The position numbers were made by a program, and so were the translations under genes. Below the pieces are notes generated by a model. The model did no database searches, had not been told where the DNA came from, and worked only from the letters and a program-made list of their open reading frames with translations. Below, one piece after another: positions 35,736 through 45,342 of a stretch of DNA of 64,000 nucleotides. The stretch covers positions 1-64,000 of the IMG/VR virus record IMGVR_UViG_3300045973_000529; one strand, 5' to 3'. Position 1 is the stretch's first letter. Each line of letters begins with the position of its first letter. Source of the DNA: a virus.

Positions 35736-36731
35736 ATGGACCACATCGAATCTGGTGAACTGAACAACGACTTCCGCACCTGCCTGTACCGACTGAACGA
35801 GTTCGGCATGGAAGCACATCCGCGTGGCACAACAACGAAGGAGCTGCTGAACTACAACATCAGCCTCTTCAACCCGCGGAACCGCATCGTGACCTTCCCT
35901 GACCGGAAGACGAACCTGAAGTACCTGCTCGGTGAGTTCATCTGGTACATCAGCGGTTCGAACGACCCGAAGGGCATTCTCCCGTACGCCAAGTTCTGGG
36001 ACAGCATCCGGAACTCTGGTTCGGAAGAAGGCTACGATGCCGGTACCATCAATTCGAACTACGGCAATCGCCTGTTCGGACACAGCGATCTGCCAGCCTT
36101 CTCAAAGTGGGATCACCGCGGCAATGCGACAGGTACCCTCAGTCAGTGGATCGAGACGGTGTTGTTGCTGGAACGTGACAAGGACAGCCGCCAGGCGATC
36201 ATGAACATTCACGTGCCGTCTGACCGGCACGAAGGCAACAAGGACGTGCCTTGCACATTGACGCTGCACTGGTTCATTCGCGAAGACAAGCTGCATCTGA
36301 TCGTGAACATGCGCAGCAACGACGTGGTCCTGGGCTTCACGAACGACGTGTTCCAGTTCACGATGCTCCAGGAGATGATGGCCGTTCAGCTTCGTGAAAC
36401 ATACCCGAACCTCGAGCTTGGCTGCTACTACCACAACGCCGGGTCCATGCACATCTACGATCGACACTTTGCCATGGCCGAGAAGATCATCGCTGATGAG
36501 CGAGCTCTCGAGATGGCGATGGTTCCGATGGATGTGTGCAATGACACGATCCTGACTGGGCTCGTTGGTGTCGAAGCGGCCTGGCAGGCGGCTGGCGCTC
36601 CTTCAGTCTTCGACTTCGACACCATCCCGGCTTGGGACCTGTTGACACCATACTGGCAGAACCTGGTCCTGATGTGCTTTGGCGAAGATGAAGAAGCCAT
36701 GCACAAGGTGTTTGGTATCGAGGAGCACTGA
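35736..36731 (+). CDS. thymidylate-synthase-family enzyme of the dCMP hydroxymethylase/hydroxylase type
   Basis: DSRQA, DVPCT, MRSNDVVLGFTND (Asp at the ThyA Asn177 position, as in T4 gp42 RSNDVVFGFRND), SMHIYDRHF. Confidence 0.85.
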   Translation: MDHIESGELNNDFRTCLYRLNEFGMEAHPRGTTTKELLNYNISLFNPRNRIVTFPDRKTNLKYLLGEFIWYISGSNDPKGILPYAKFWDSIRNSGSEEGYDAGTINSNYGNRLFGHSDLPAFSKWDHRGNATGTLSQWIETVLLLERDKDSRQAIMNIHVPSDRHEGNKDVPCTLTLHWFIREDKLHLIVNMRSNDVVLGFTNDVFQFTMLQEMMAVQLRETYPNLELGCYYHNAGSMHIYDRHFAMAEKIIADERALEMAMVPMDVCNDTILTGLVGVEAAWQAAGAPSVFDFDTIPAWDLLTPYWQNLVLMCFGEDEEAMHKVFGIEEH

Positions 36732-36732
36732 C

Positions 36733-37116
36733 ATGACACGTCCCGTTTACTCCGTTTCCGTTGAACAGCTTGTGAAGGCCTTGGAAGCGGCTGGCATGGT
36801 CTTTGATCATGAGGAAGTTGACAAGGCCATTGCAGTTGCGGCTCAAAAGCTAGCTGATCAGATCGACGAGGAGATCTTCCAGGAGCTCGTCAAGAAGACG
36901 CCGCCAATCAGTCATGAGTACTATGAGGAAGTCACCGTCGGCGTTGATGCTCTCTGGAAGAAGCTCAAGGTGCTTAACCCATACGACAGTGGCAGCTCTC
37001 TTCACGTTGCTGAGGAGCGCTATGAGCTCGATGGTGTAAAGTACGTTGCGTACTGGGAGATCTGTGGCGATTCAGACGTACCAGAGATCTGCATCATCAA
37101 GGAGTACAAGCGATGA
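36733..37116 (+). CDS. hypothetical protein
   Basis: Start moved to ATG 36733 (AGGAG upstream). Confidence 0.7.
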   Translation: MTRPVYSVSVEQLVKALEAAGMVFDHEEVDKAIAVAAQKLADQIDEEIFQELVKKTPPISHEYYEEVTVGVDALWKKLKVLNPYDSGSSLHVAEERYELDGVKYVAYWEICGDSDVPEICIIKEYKR

Positions 37117-37283
37117 CCAATCCGCAATACAAGTGCCCGAACTGCGGCGGGCACTGCACTGTCGATCAGATGGGTGCTGACTACTGCATCGTGTCTGAAG
37201 AAGGCGATGAAGCCTGGTGCAACTACATCTGTCCACACTGCGAGACCTGGCAAGATCTCGCCGACTATGAAAAGCTCACATGA
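37113..37283 (+). CDS. Zn-ribbon microprotein (56 aa; not in ORF track)
   Basis: MTNPQYKCPNCGG...YICPHCETW; ATGA overlaps at both ends. Confidence 0.75.
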   Translation: MTNPQYKCPNCGGHCTVDQMGADYCIVSEEGDEAWCNYICPHCETWQDLADYEKLT

Positions 37284-39028
37284 GATACGAACAACAGATC
37301 CTCGAGGCGTATGATCGCCTTGGGTTCAAGCCACGCGGACGTCAGGTCGAGGACATCGACAAGATCATGCGGGCTTTCCTCGATGACGGCTTCAAGACTG
37401 TGGTCTTGTCTGCGCCAACTGGCACTGGCAAGTCCATCATCGGTGCCGTCGTCGCTGAAGCGATCCACAAGATCAAGCACCCTGACATGACTGCAGGCGC
37501 CTCGTTCCTGTTGACCCCGACCATCGTTCTGCAGGAGCAGTACCAGAAGTCGTTCGCGTCTCCTGATCCTCTGGACACGAAGTTCCGCCTCATCAAGGGC
37601 GCTGGGAACTTCGAGTGCTCTGCCTTGAGCACACCCTCTGAGATGCAGACGGCTGAGTCGTGCGCAGTCCGGATCTTCCAGAAGGAGAGCATGTTCTCCA
37701 TGATCAACGAGCACTGCGATAGCTGCTTGTTCTCGCTGCAACGCAAGATGCGTGATCGTGCCCGGCACCTGATCTGCAACTACAGCTACTACTTCATTGA
37801 TCGCATGTTCATGGAGCTCCTCGCTCAACGCACCGTGTGCGTGTTCGACGAAGCGCACTTGATCAATGATTTGTTTACCGAGCACAACGCGATCTACTTT
37901 TCTGATTCGCGCCTCAAGAAAATGGTCGAGGAGATCAACGAGACACTTTCTTTGGTCGACCCATCGGTGTTCAAGCTGCTGCAAGAGGTGTGCGGCGATC
38001 TGATGCAGGGCGAGATCAACGATCAGAACTACATGGACTCGTTGGTCAAGTTGGCCGATGCGTACGGTCAGATCTGCGAGGCTGCGAACAACCAGGCCGA
38101 GCGAGCAATTCACGACCACAAGAAGTACCTGAAGCTGTCGAAGCTGTCCAAGAAGTACCATGGCCTTGGCTGCAAGATCGGTGACCTGCTCGAGTATGGC
38201 TACCCACACGCGTTCGAGTTCAAGGAGCGGAACCCGAAGTTCAACCAACACGAGAACGAGATCAGCGTCAAGCCGATCTTCGTGGGCGACATGTTCGACA
38301 AGCTCATCAACGCGGAGTTCAACCTGCTGATGAGTGCCACGTTCTCCAAGCAGTACGCTGAACGGACTCTGACCCTCGAGAACAGCACACACATTCGGTT
38401 GGCACCGTCCTTTCCGAAGGAGAACAAGAAGGTCGTGTTCTTCAAGCCGCAGAAGCTGTCATTCGATACGATGAAGGACCCGAAGGTCGTGAAGCAGCTC
38501 CAGGCGACGTGCTACGAGATTGTTGCGCATCACGTGTCCCTGGGTGAACGAGGGATCATCCTGGCACCTTCGTTTGCGATTGTGGAAGGGATTACACAGG
38601 CCCTCGAAGGAGCCAACGTCGGTGCCCGGATTTTCGAGCACCGACGCGGTGAAAAGCTGGCTGAGGTGATTGGGCGGTTCACGAGGTTCAAGGATGGTCC
38701 AGCAGTGCTACTGACTCCATCTGGGTTCGAAGGTCTCGATCTGGCCGGCGATCTGTCGCGGTACCAGATCATTGTGAAGGCGCCGTTCGGGTCCCTTGGT
38801 GAAGCACGCATGAAGAAGATCCTGGCGAACTGGCCAGACATCTACTCACTGCTCTGCACTATGAAGCTGGTCCAAGGTGCTGGTCGCTCAGTGCGTGGTC
38901 CTGAAGACTGGGCTGTCACATATATGCTCGACAGCAACATCCAACGACTCTGGACCGCGAAGAACATGGAATGGGCCGATGAGTTCCAGACCTCCTTCAC
39001 CTCCTTCCTAGGAACCAGCGACGACTGA
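37280..39028 (+). CDS. DinG/XPD-like SF2 helicase
   Basis: APTGTGKS, VFDEAH, MSAT, EGLDL, QGAGRSVRGPED. Confidence 0.88.
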   Translation: MRYEQQILEAYDRLGFKPRGRQVEDIDKIMRAFLDDGFKTVVLSAPTGTGKSIIGAVVAEAIHKIKHPDMTAGASFLLTPTIVLQEQYQKSFASPDPLDTKFRLIKGAGNFECSALSTPSEMQTAESCAVRIFQKESMFSMINEHCDSCLFSLQRKMRDRARHLICNYSYYFIDRMFMELLAQRTVCVFDEAHLINDLFTEHNAIYFSDSRLKKMVEEINETLSLVDPSVFKLLQEVCGDLMQGEINDQNYMDSLVKLADAYGQICEAANNQAERAIHDHKKYLKLSKLSKKYHGLGCKIGDLLEYGYPHAFEFKERNPKFNQHENEISVKPIFVGDMFDKLINAEFNLLMSATFSKQYAERTLTLENSTHIRLAPSFPKENKKVVFFKPQKLSFDTMKDPKVVKQLQATCYEIVAHHVSLGERGIILAPSFAIVEGITQALEGANVGARIFEHRRGEKLAEVIGRFTRFKDGPAVLLTPSGFEGLDLAGDLSRYQIIVKAPFGSLGEARMKKILANWPDIYSLLCTMKLVQGAGRSVRGPEDWAVTYMLDSNIQRLWTAKNMEWADEFQTSFTSFLGTSDD

Positions 39029-39040
39029 ACCCAAAGCGGT

Positions 39041-39069
39041 GTTACGGCACCGCCTCTTTCGGATAAAAT
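39041..39069 (+). promoter_or_regulatory. putative promoter GTTACG-N17-TAAAAT, leaderless
   Basis: ATG 39076 lies 6 nt after the -10 box. Confidence 0.55.
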
Positions 39070-39075
39070 GCACCT

Positions 39076-40221
39076 ATGACGAAGAGACACCTTTCAACCG
39101 TTGCTGCCAACGTGCTACGAGAAATCAAGCGCGAAGCTGGTCGGGATCGCCGATCACGGCGTTGGCTGTCTGACTGTGAACACCACGAAACTGAATTGGA
39201 TGCACGTATGGACGATCCTGACATCTTGAATCCGCTGAACACCCCATCTGAAGGTGTGATCTTCGGGACCTATGGTCCTGACGAGTGGGCCACAGCAACG
39301 TTTCTGCGTTCAGCGATGGAGCAGGGCAAGAACACCCTGATCGTCGAAGGTACGTGGATCACTCCAGCAAGCTGGACCCTGCATGAGTTCGTGCTGAGCA
39401 TCACCGAGCGCTTCAACTTCATGAGCGACAAGCGAGCCCTCGTGTTCTGGCCGTGGGGCGTTGGCGAATGCACCGTGTCCCGTGGCAAGCTGCACTTCGA
39501 GCTGAACGGTTCACCGTCCGAAGTGATGGCCCTCGTGAAGAAGCTCGATGGGCAGCTCAAGCGTGCTGAGAACCTGATCGAGTGGGTGTACGGCGCGCAC
39601 GGTGAAAGCACCAGCGTTCCGCTGAACTACCGCCCTGCCATCAATGCCGCGTACCCTTGGCTCGAGAAGCCGGTGCTCGAGTTCATCGATGACTACCTTG
39701 ACAGCAAGGCCAGCGTCATCATCCTCATCGGCCCGCCTGGCACCGGCAAGACGACGTTCATCAAGAACCTCATTCACCGCTCGGGTGGTGATGCCAAGGT
39801 CACGTACGACGAGAAGATCATGAACAGCGACTCGCTGTTCGCGAACTTCATCGAGAGCGAAGAGCGCTTCCTGATCATGGAAGATGCTGATGCATTCCTC
39901 GGTGCTCGTGAAGACGGGAACACGATGATGCACCGGTTCCTGAACGTGTCTGATGGCCTCATCAGCGCTGAAGGCAAGAAGCTGGTGTTCAGCACGAACC
40001 TGCCGAACATCCATGACATCGACACCGCGCTGCTGCGTCCTGGTCGCTGCTACGCAATCGTTGAGTTCCGCTCGATGTCGCGTACTGAAGCTCAAGCGGT
40101 GCTCGATGAAATTGGCGCCGATCGCGATCTGCCTGATGGTGACTCCTTCACGCTCGCTGAGCTGTTCAACGTACAGCCGAACGGCGAGACCCAAGCAACG
40201 CGACGTGTCGGGTTCTTCTGA
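39076..40221 (+). CDS. AAA+ ATPase
   Basis: GPPGTGKT, LIMEDAD, VFSTN, IDTALLRPGR. Confidence 0.9.
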   Translation: MTKRHLSTVAANVLREIKREAGRDRRSRRWLSDCEHHETELDARMDDPDILNPLNTPSEGVIFGTYGPDEWATATFLRSAMEQGKNTLIVEGTWITPASWTLHEFVLSITERFNFMSDKRALVFWPWGVGECTVSRGKLHFELNGSPSEVMALVKKLDGQLKRAENLIEWVYGAHGESTSVPLNYRPAINAAYPWLEKPVLEFIDDYLDSKASVIILIGPPGTGKTTFIKNLIHRSGGDAKVTYDEKIMNSDSLFANFIESEERFLIMEDADAFLGAREDGNTMMHRFLNVSDGLISAEGKKLVFSTNLPNIHDIDTALLRPGRCYAIVEFRSMSRTEAQAVLDEIGADRDLPDGDSFTLAELFNVQPNGETQATRRVGFF

Positions 40222-40520
40222 TGGCCGGTAAGATCATCTCATCTCGGCCAGGCAGCGAGGCCGTTGATCTTGAACTGAACTCGCTGTCAATCGCTGAGCT
40301 GCAGTTGATCGGTGCGTATTTGTGGGTCACACGCCTTGGGCGAGGCGTGACCCCGTATCGGGACGCCGCGTTCACTCTGATGACTAAGATCAACAATCTG
40401 ATGGGTGACGACTTTCTTGAGCATGCAGCGATCGATGTCGACATGGTCGTTGACATCATCGATTCGAACGGGGCGGTGACCCGATCCGTTGGACAACACT
40501 TCGTGGAGATTGACCTATGA
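40221..40520 (+). CDS. hypothetical protein
   Basis: TGATG coupling to the ATPase; ATGA overlap downstream. Confidence 0.7.
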   Translation: MAGKIISSRPGSEAVDLELNSLSIAELQLIGAYLWVTRLGRGVTPYRDAAFTLMTKINNLMGDDFLEHAAIDVDMVVDIIDSNGAVTRSVGQHFVEIDL

Positions 40521-41095
40521 CAGCGAACAAGTTCATGATCGAGGGCCTTGACCGCCTTGGCAAGGATACCCTCATCAACGGTATCCAGCACAAGCTCGGG
40601 TACCATCAGGTGCTGCACTTCTCGAAGCCACAGGTGCTCGAGTGCTACCACCCGAAGGACGAGAACGACCCAACTGTCGATCGTCGTGAATCACTGCGTC
40701 GCTACCAGGAAGCGAGCTTCCGGAACATGTTCTCCATCTTCCGTGATGCGAAGTACGCGCATCTGATCGCGAACCGCGCGCACCTCGGTGAGTGCGTCTA
40801 TGCGCCACTCTATCGTGGCTACTCGGGTGACTACGTGTTCGACATGGAGCGTGCCTTCATGGTCGGCATGTATGGCCTGCGACTGGTGCTTCTCATCGAG
40901 GACTTCGAGATCGCCGAGCACTTCATCGATGATGGTGACTCGTTTGACATCACCAAGCGCCGTCTCGAGCAGGAGTACTTCATCACGGCCTATCAGAAGT
41001 CGTGCATTCCCGACAAGCGCATCGTGTGCGTCACTGATCCTGGTACTGGTGGCTTCAAGCGCCCCGACTGGATTCTGAGCGAGGTGCTGGCATGA
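40517..41095 (+). CDS. dNMP (thymidylate-kinase-like) kinase
   Basis: IEGLDRLGKDT P-loop; NRAHLGECVYAPLYRG. Confidence 0.82.
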   Translation: MTANKFMIEGLDRLGKDTLINGIQHKLGYHQVLHFSKPQVLECYHPKDENDPTVDRRESLRRYQEASFRNMFSIFRDAKYAHLIANRAHLGECVYAPLYRGYSGDYVFDMERAFMVGMYGLRLVLLIEDFEIAEHFIDDGDSFDITKRRLEQEYFITAYQKSCIPDKRIVCVTDPGTGGFKRPDWILSEVLA

Positions 41096-41358
41096 ACACT
41101 GAGCAGCTTTTTCGTGCAACGCTGCAGAAGCTGGCGGCCGAAGGCGTCCAGGACGCTGTGCTGGCTCTGAAGCTCGCTGAGTCGATCTCGCTGCCGCCTG
41201 CTGTGCGGGTGGCGATGATCAAGAACGAGCTGCATGAGGCGCACACCTCGCTCTTGGAGGCGCTCAAGCAGAATGACATCGACTGGAGCCGCACCACCGA
41301 CAGACACATCAACCGGGCGTTGAGCAACATCGCTCGGAGCATTGGGGAACTGGCATGA
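41092..41358 (+). CDS. hypothetical protein
   Basis: ATGA-coupled on both sides. Confidence 0.7.
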   Translation: MNTEQLFRATLQKLAAEGVQDAVLALKLAESISLPPAVRVAMIKNELHEAHTSLLEALKQNDIDWSRTTDRHINRALSNIARSIGELA

Positions 41359-41483
41359 CCAATCCCGCTTGGGTGGTCGCAGCCATTGGGTGCGGCTTGA
41401 TTGGCTACCATTTTCAATCATGGCAACTGGGGCTCGGCATCTACATGTGCATCGCTGGGCTCGGCAACTGGATCATCTCATGA
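41355..41483 (+). CDS. small membrane protein (42 aa; not in ORF track)
   Basis: MTNPAWVVAAIGCGLIGYHFQSWQLGLGIYMCIAGLGNWIIS; ATGA overlaps at both ends. Confidence 0.6.
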   Translation: MTNPAWVVAAIGCGLIGYHFQSWQLGLGIYMCIAGLGNWIIS

Positions 41484-41929
41484 CTCTCATCGAACAAATC
41501 CGCACCGAGTACTTGGTACTTCGCAAGGCGCACAACACCGCGGCGGTTGCGTCCCTCAGCACCCTGATCGGTGAAATCGAGAACCTTGCCAAGGGCGGTA
41601 AGGGTGAACTGACCGACGCAGTGGTCGTCACTGTCGTCAAGAAGTTCATCAAGAACATCGACGAGACCCTGCAGGTGGTCGGTAAGGGCGCACCAACTGG
41701 CTTGACCGCCGAGTACAACCCGCTCAATGCGCTGAACGCTGAACGTCGGCTGTATGAGCAGTTCCTGCCGAAGCAGCTGACCGAGACCGAAATCGCGGCG
41801 CTGATCGACACGCTGGTCGTGACGCATGGTGCCAAGAACGTCGGCGACGTGATGAAGCTCCTGAAGCAGAATCACGCTGGCACCTATGACGGTGCCGTCG
41901 CTTCCAAGATCCTCAAGGCCAAGTTCTAA
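41480..41929 (+). CDS. GatB/YqeY-domain protein
   Basis: Start moved to ATG 41480; LS.L.GEI, VVKKFIK, YEQFLPKQLT..EI..LI, GDVMK.LK...G..DG. Confidence 0.85.
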   Translation: MTLIEQIRTEYLVLRKAHNTAAVASLSTLIGEIENLAKGGKGELTDAVVVTVVKKFIKNIDETLQVVGKGAPTGLTAEYNPLNALNAERRLYEQFLPKQLTETEIAALIDTLVVTHGAKNVGDVMKLLKQNHAGTYDGAVASKILKAKF

Positions 41930-41938
41930 GGAGCCATC

Positions 41939-42319
41939 ATGATCCCAGTCGCAGATGCAGTCACTCTCGGCGAGAAGCACAAGCTTCGTCAAGTCATCAT
42001 CTTCGGTTGGGACGGCCGAGAGACGTTCGTGACCACATGGGGTGGCTCTGATTTCGACAGTGCCGGAGCTGCTGGTGCTGCGAATCGAATCAAGGACCAG
42101 TGGGACTGGCCGGAGAACACGATTGTCGAGGGCGAGCGTGTCCAGAAGCTGTACAATCGCATTGCTGAGCTTGAAGCGCAACTGGCGGGTGCCGTCAAGC
42201 AGTGTGCCGATGCTGGTGATGCTGCGTACTCTGCTCGCTGCCCATTTATCGGCGACTACATCGTCGAATCGATGGGCCTTGGCGTTGCCGAAGGTGCAGC
42301 TGCTTGGCGGTCTAAGTGA
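41939..42319 (+). CDS. hypothetical protein
   Basis: AAGGAG RBS. Confidence 0.7.
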   Translation: MIPVADAVTLGEKHKLRQVIIFGWDGRETFVTTWGGSDFDSAGAAGAANRIKDQWDWPENTIVEGERVQKLYNRIAELEAQLAGAVKQCADAGDAAYSARCPFIGDYIVESMGLGVAEGAAAWRSK

Positions 42320-42456
42320 ACCCTCTGCACGAGCTCGAGAAGGCCATGGCTATGGTCTTCGCTGCTGACCCAGGTTGGTGGTGGATGCTGTGTCTAATCC
42401 CGATGGCTGCTCTGGTGGCAGCCATCATCGTTGAGAACTTCTGGAACGACAAATGA
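42316..42456 (+). CDS. small membrane protein (46 aa; not in ORF track)
   Basis: GTG start overlaps the upstream TGA; WWWMLCLIPMAALVAAIIV; stop overlaps the glycosyltransferase ATG. Confidence 0.5.
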   Translation: MNPLHELEKAMAMVFAADPGWWWMLCLIPMAALVAAIIVENFWNDK

Positions 42457-43577
42457 AGATTGCAGTAATCAAGTTGGGTGGTCGCATCACCTGGAACACG
42501 GACGGAGCAGTTGCTCCAGGTGAAGCCGTTTCGATCTGCAAGGCCCTGTCTCGCGGTGGGGCTGAGGTGCATGTCTTCACGAAGATCCTGTCAAAGGATG
42601 TACTGCATCCCAGCCTCATGTGGCACAACATCGCTGAAGCCGATCAGGCGGATCTTGATGCGCTCGACAAGCTGGTGGTGATCAACGGGAACGTGAACTT
42701 CTTCGGCGGTGCCGAGGATCCCGAGCAGATCCTGAACTACTCGATCATCAACAACTTCCAGGGCACAGTCGTGTACGTGATGTGCGACCCCGAGCTGCCA
42801 CTGCTGCAGATCTGGCCGAACGTGTCGAAGAAGCCATGGGGCGTGAACTACCGCGAGAAGGATCTGAACATCGTGCGCAAGGACATCCGTGTTCTGTCGC
42901 AGCCGTTCAATCTGGAAGCGATGAAGAAGCACTGGAAGAAGGGTGCCGTTCCGGTCGCCGAGTTCTTCCACTTCCCGATGGAGCGCTTCCCGCTGCTGAA
43001 TGAGTGGCTGAAGCCGATGGAAGAACCGAAGGTGGACTTGCTGTACGGCGGTACACCTCGCGGTGGTCGTCGGATCCCCAATCTGTTCAAGTGGTACTGG
43101 AACCTGCCGAAGGACATCAGCGTCGAGATCTTCGGGTCCATCGATGCTGACGACTTCTCCAAGCACCCGAAGGTCGGCATGACGGCGTTGATGGACAAGA
43201 ACGTTCGCCCGCCCGAGTTCACTGGCAAGGTCAAGTATGATCAGGTTCTTCCGAAGATGAACACCGGTCTGGCGCATCTCGTCACTGGTGACGGGTCGTA
43301 CGAAGAGCTCGACATCATTCCACAGCGCACGATGGAGAACATCGCGGCTGGAAACGTCGTGTTCGTCGATGCGAACATGGACAAGGCTCGCCGCATCTAC
43401 CCGAAGGGCACGTTCGCGCACGAGTTCCTGTACGTCGCCAGTCAAGAAGAGCTCGTCGAGCGGCTGCGGTACGTGAAGGACGATGAGATGCTGCGACAAG
43501 ACGTGCTGCAGTCGCAGTGTTTTGCCCAGGACTTCGCACCTGATGAGTTCTGTCGTTCGCTGGTGGAGGTGCTGTGA
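42453..43577 (+). CDS. T4 DNA beta-glucosyltransferase-like glycosyltransferase (GT-B)
   Basis: MKIAVIKLG, PLLQIWPNVSKKPW and DLLYGGTPRGGRR resemble T4 BGT MKIAIINMG, PFSQSWPNVKNRPW and DVIYGGSFRSGQR (from memory). Confidence 0.85.
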   Translation: MKIAVIKLGGRITWNTDGAVAPGEAVSICKALSRGGAEVHVFTKILSKDVLHPSLMWHNIAEADQADLDALDKLVVINGNVNFFGGAEDPEQILNYSIINNFQGTVVYVMCDPELPLLQIWPNVSKKPWGVNYREKDLNIVRKDIRVLSQPFNLEAMKKHWKKGAVPVAEFFHFPMERFPLLNEWLKPMEEPKVDLLYGGTPRGGRRIPNLFKWYWNLPKDISVEIFGSIDADDFSKHPKVGMTALMDKNVRPPEFTGKVKYDQVLPKMNTGLAHLVTGDGSYEELDIIPQRTMENIAAGNVVFVDANMDKARRIYPKGTFAHEFLYVASQEELVERLRYVKDDEMLRQDVLQSQCFAQDFAPDEFCRSLVEVL

Positions 43578-43834
43578 AGATGACCTACGCTGACGACAAG
43601 GTCGAGTGCCAGCACGTTCGCACAATGCGTGTGAACGCCAAAGCAGATGATCGCCAATACCACGTCGTGTCGCATCTCGAAGTTGAGCGAGACGGCTACG
43701 CCCCGTACCTCAAGGGCATCTGTCACGGTGACTACGTGGAGCTGACGCTCTGCCTTGACTGCGGCAAGGTGATTTCCCGCGAGTTCCCCATCGGTGACGA
43801 AGAATTGCGCGAGGCTTTTGGCATCGAGGAATAA
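43574..43834 (+). CDS. hypothetical protein with Cys motifs
   Basis: CQH...LCLDCG; GTG start overlaps the upstream stop. Confidence 0.7.
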   Translation: MKMTYADDKVECQHVRTMRVNAKADDRQYHVVSHLEVERDGYAPYLKGICHGDYVELTLCLDCGKVISREFPIGDEELREAFGIEE

Positions 43835-43924
43835 AGCCGTGCGGCTTTTTCCGCTATTGCGTCCCAAGCTTCGTTGCCTATCGTTTCTGCGCTAGGTACA
43901 ATGGCACCTGTAACAAGGACACCC

Positions 43925-44614
43925 ATGTTCAAACGACCAACTCTCGTCTCCATCACAGCACCCACTTGCGCTGGCAAGAACTACCTCGCTGAGGTGCTGT
44001 TCGCAAATGGCTTCAATCGGCTGGTGAGCACCACTGACCGTGCACCTCGGGCCGGTGAAATCGAAGGGGTGCACTACTTCTTCATCACCACTGAGCAAAG
44101 CAAGCTGAAGGAACAGTACGATCTGTTCGCTGAATTGATCACGTACAACGGCGTTCGGTATGGCGTCACGAAGGAAGAGATGGAGCGCAAGACTGCGGTC
44201 GGACTGCCACCACCCGTCGTGATTCTCGAACCGCAGGGTGTGTTCGAGTACCGCAAGTACTGCCAGGCGAACGGCATCGACATGTTCCGCATCTTCATTG
44301 ACACGGCCGAAAGCGTGCGCCTTGCTCGCCTCGCGAAGCGTGGCGCTGCTGACGTCATTGCGGCGCTGAAGAACGTGACTTTTGATCACGCGCCAGCTGA
44401 GGGCGAAGCTGATGCCGTTGCTCTCGAAGCCGTGGCGAACGTCATGAAGGTGAACAACAAGCGCGTCATGGCGATCATTGAGCAGGAGCGGACCTGGGAC
44501 ACAGCTCACCTCTGGCACTCAATCGTCGATGGTGAAGACACGGATGTGGCACTTGCGCAGATCAAGGCCGACATCGAATACCGGAACAGCCACCCATTCG
44601 ACTTCAACGCATGA
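43925..44614 (+). CDS. guanylate-kinase-like protein
   Basis: Start moved to ATG 43925; APTCAGKN, VSTTDRAPRAGEIEGVHYFF, YNGVRYG. Confidence 0.85.
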   Translation: MFKRPTLVSITAPTCAGKNYLAEVLFANGFNRLVSTTDRAPRAGEIEGVHYFFITTEQSKLKEQYDLFAELITYNGVRYGVTKEEMERKTAVGLPPPVVILEPQGVFEYRKYCQANGIDMFRIFIDTAESVRLARLAKRGAADVIAALKNVTFDHAPAEGEADAVALEAVANVMKVNNKRVMAIIEQERTWDTAHLWHSIVDGEDTDVALAQIKADIEYRNSHPFDFNA

Positions 44615-45096
44615 GAGTCATCACCGCTCCTGATCCAGTGCCGATGCGCGATGCGCTTGGGACCGAGGTCTTCCTTGCTGGCTCGATCGAGCAGGGCAAG
44701 GCGCGCGACTGGCAGCCAGAGGTCTGTGCCGCGCTCGTGCCGTTCAATGCGCTCGTGTTCAATCCTCGGCGCTTGGTCTGGGACCCGACCTGGGATCAAG
44801 ACGTCTCGAACACAGAACTCGTGACCCAAGTGAACTGGGAGCTCGATCTGATTGACCGAGCTGAGATCGTGTTCTTCTACTTCCAAGCTGGAACCTTGTC
44901 GCCAATCTCGTTCCTCGAGTTCGGCATGCAGGTGCGCAATCGCCGCAAAGACATCGTTGTGGTTTGTGAAGCCGGGTTCTGGCGGCAGGCGAACATCCAA
45001 ATCACTGCTGCCCGAAACAACGTGCCAGTCGCTCTGACCCTTGAAGAAGGCATCGAGAAGCTGGTCAAGCTTGTGAAACAACGGAGTCTTCCATGA
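44611..45096 (+). CDS. nucleoside 2-deoxyribosyltransferase-like protein
   Basis: VFLAGSI...DWQ, VFNPRR, QVNWE...I..A.IVFFYF, SPISF.EFG. Confidence 0.8.
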   Translation: MRVITAPDPVPMRDALGTEVFLAGSIEQGKARDWQPEVCAALVPFNALVFNPRRLVWDPTWDQDVSNTELVTQVNWELDLIDRAEIVFFYFQAGTLSPISFLEFGMQVRNRRKDIVVVCEAGFWRQANIQITAARNNVPVALTLEEGIEKLVKLVKQRSLP

Positions 45097-45332
45097 CATA
45101 CTTTTGGGTTCCACCTGGCAAGTCGCCAGTCCCGTGCATCATCGTCGGTCTCGCAACCTCAGTGCCTGAGCCGATGATGACCATTCGCGTCGCTGATCCG
45201 TTCGATTCGGGGCAGCTCCAGAAGGAAGTGCGGTACTCGGACGTGTACAAGCTCGTGCCGCTGTCTGAAGTTCAGCAAGTGCTCGGCAAGACCGCCTGCT
45301 GCGGTGGCGGATGCGGTTCTTGCGGGTGCTAA
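45093..45332 (+). CDS. hypothetical protein with Cys-rich C-terminus
   Basis: ATGA overlap; ends CCGGGCGSCGC. Confidence 0.65.
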   Translation: MTYFWVPPGKSPVPCIIVGLATSVPEPMMTIRVADPFDSGQLQKEVRYSDVYKLVPLSEVQQVLGKTACCGGGCGSCGC

Positions 45333-45342
45333 CCAGGAAAGT

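Noticed and set aside
35736-36731. Canonical thyA
   Set aside because: RSND...ND motif matches cytosine-directed enzymes, so no gene symbol was assigned
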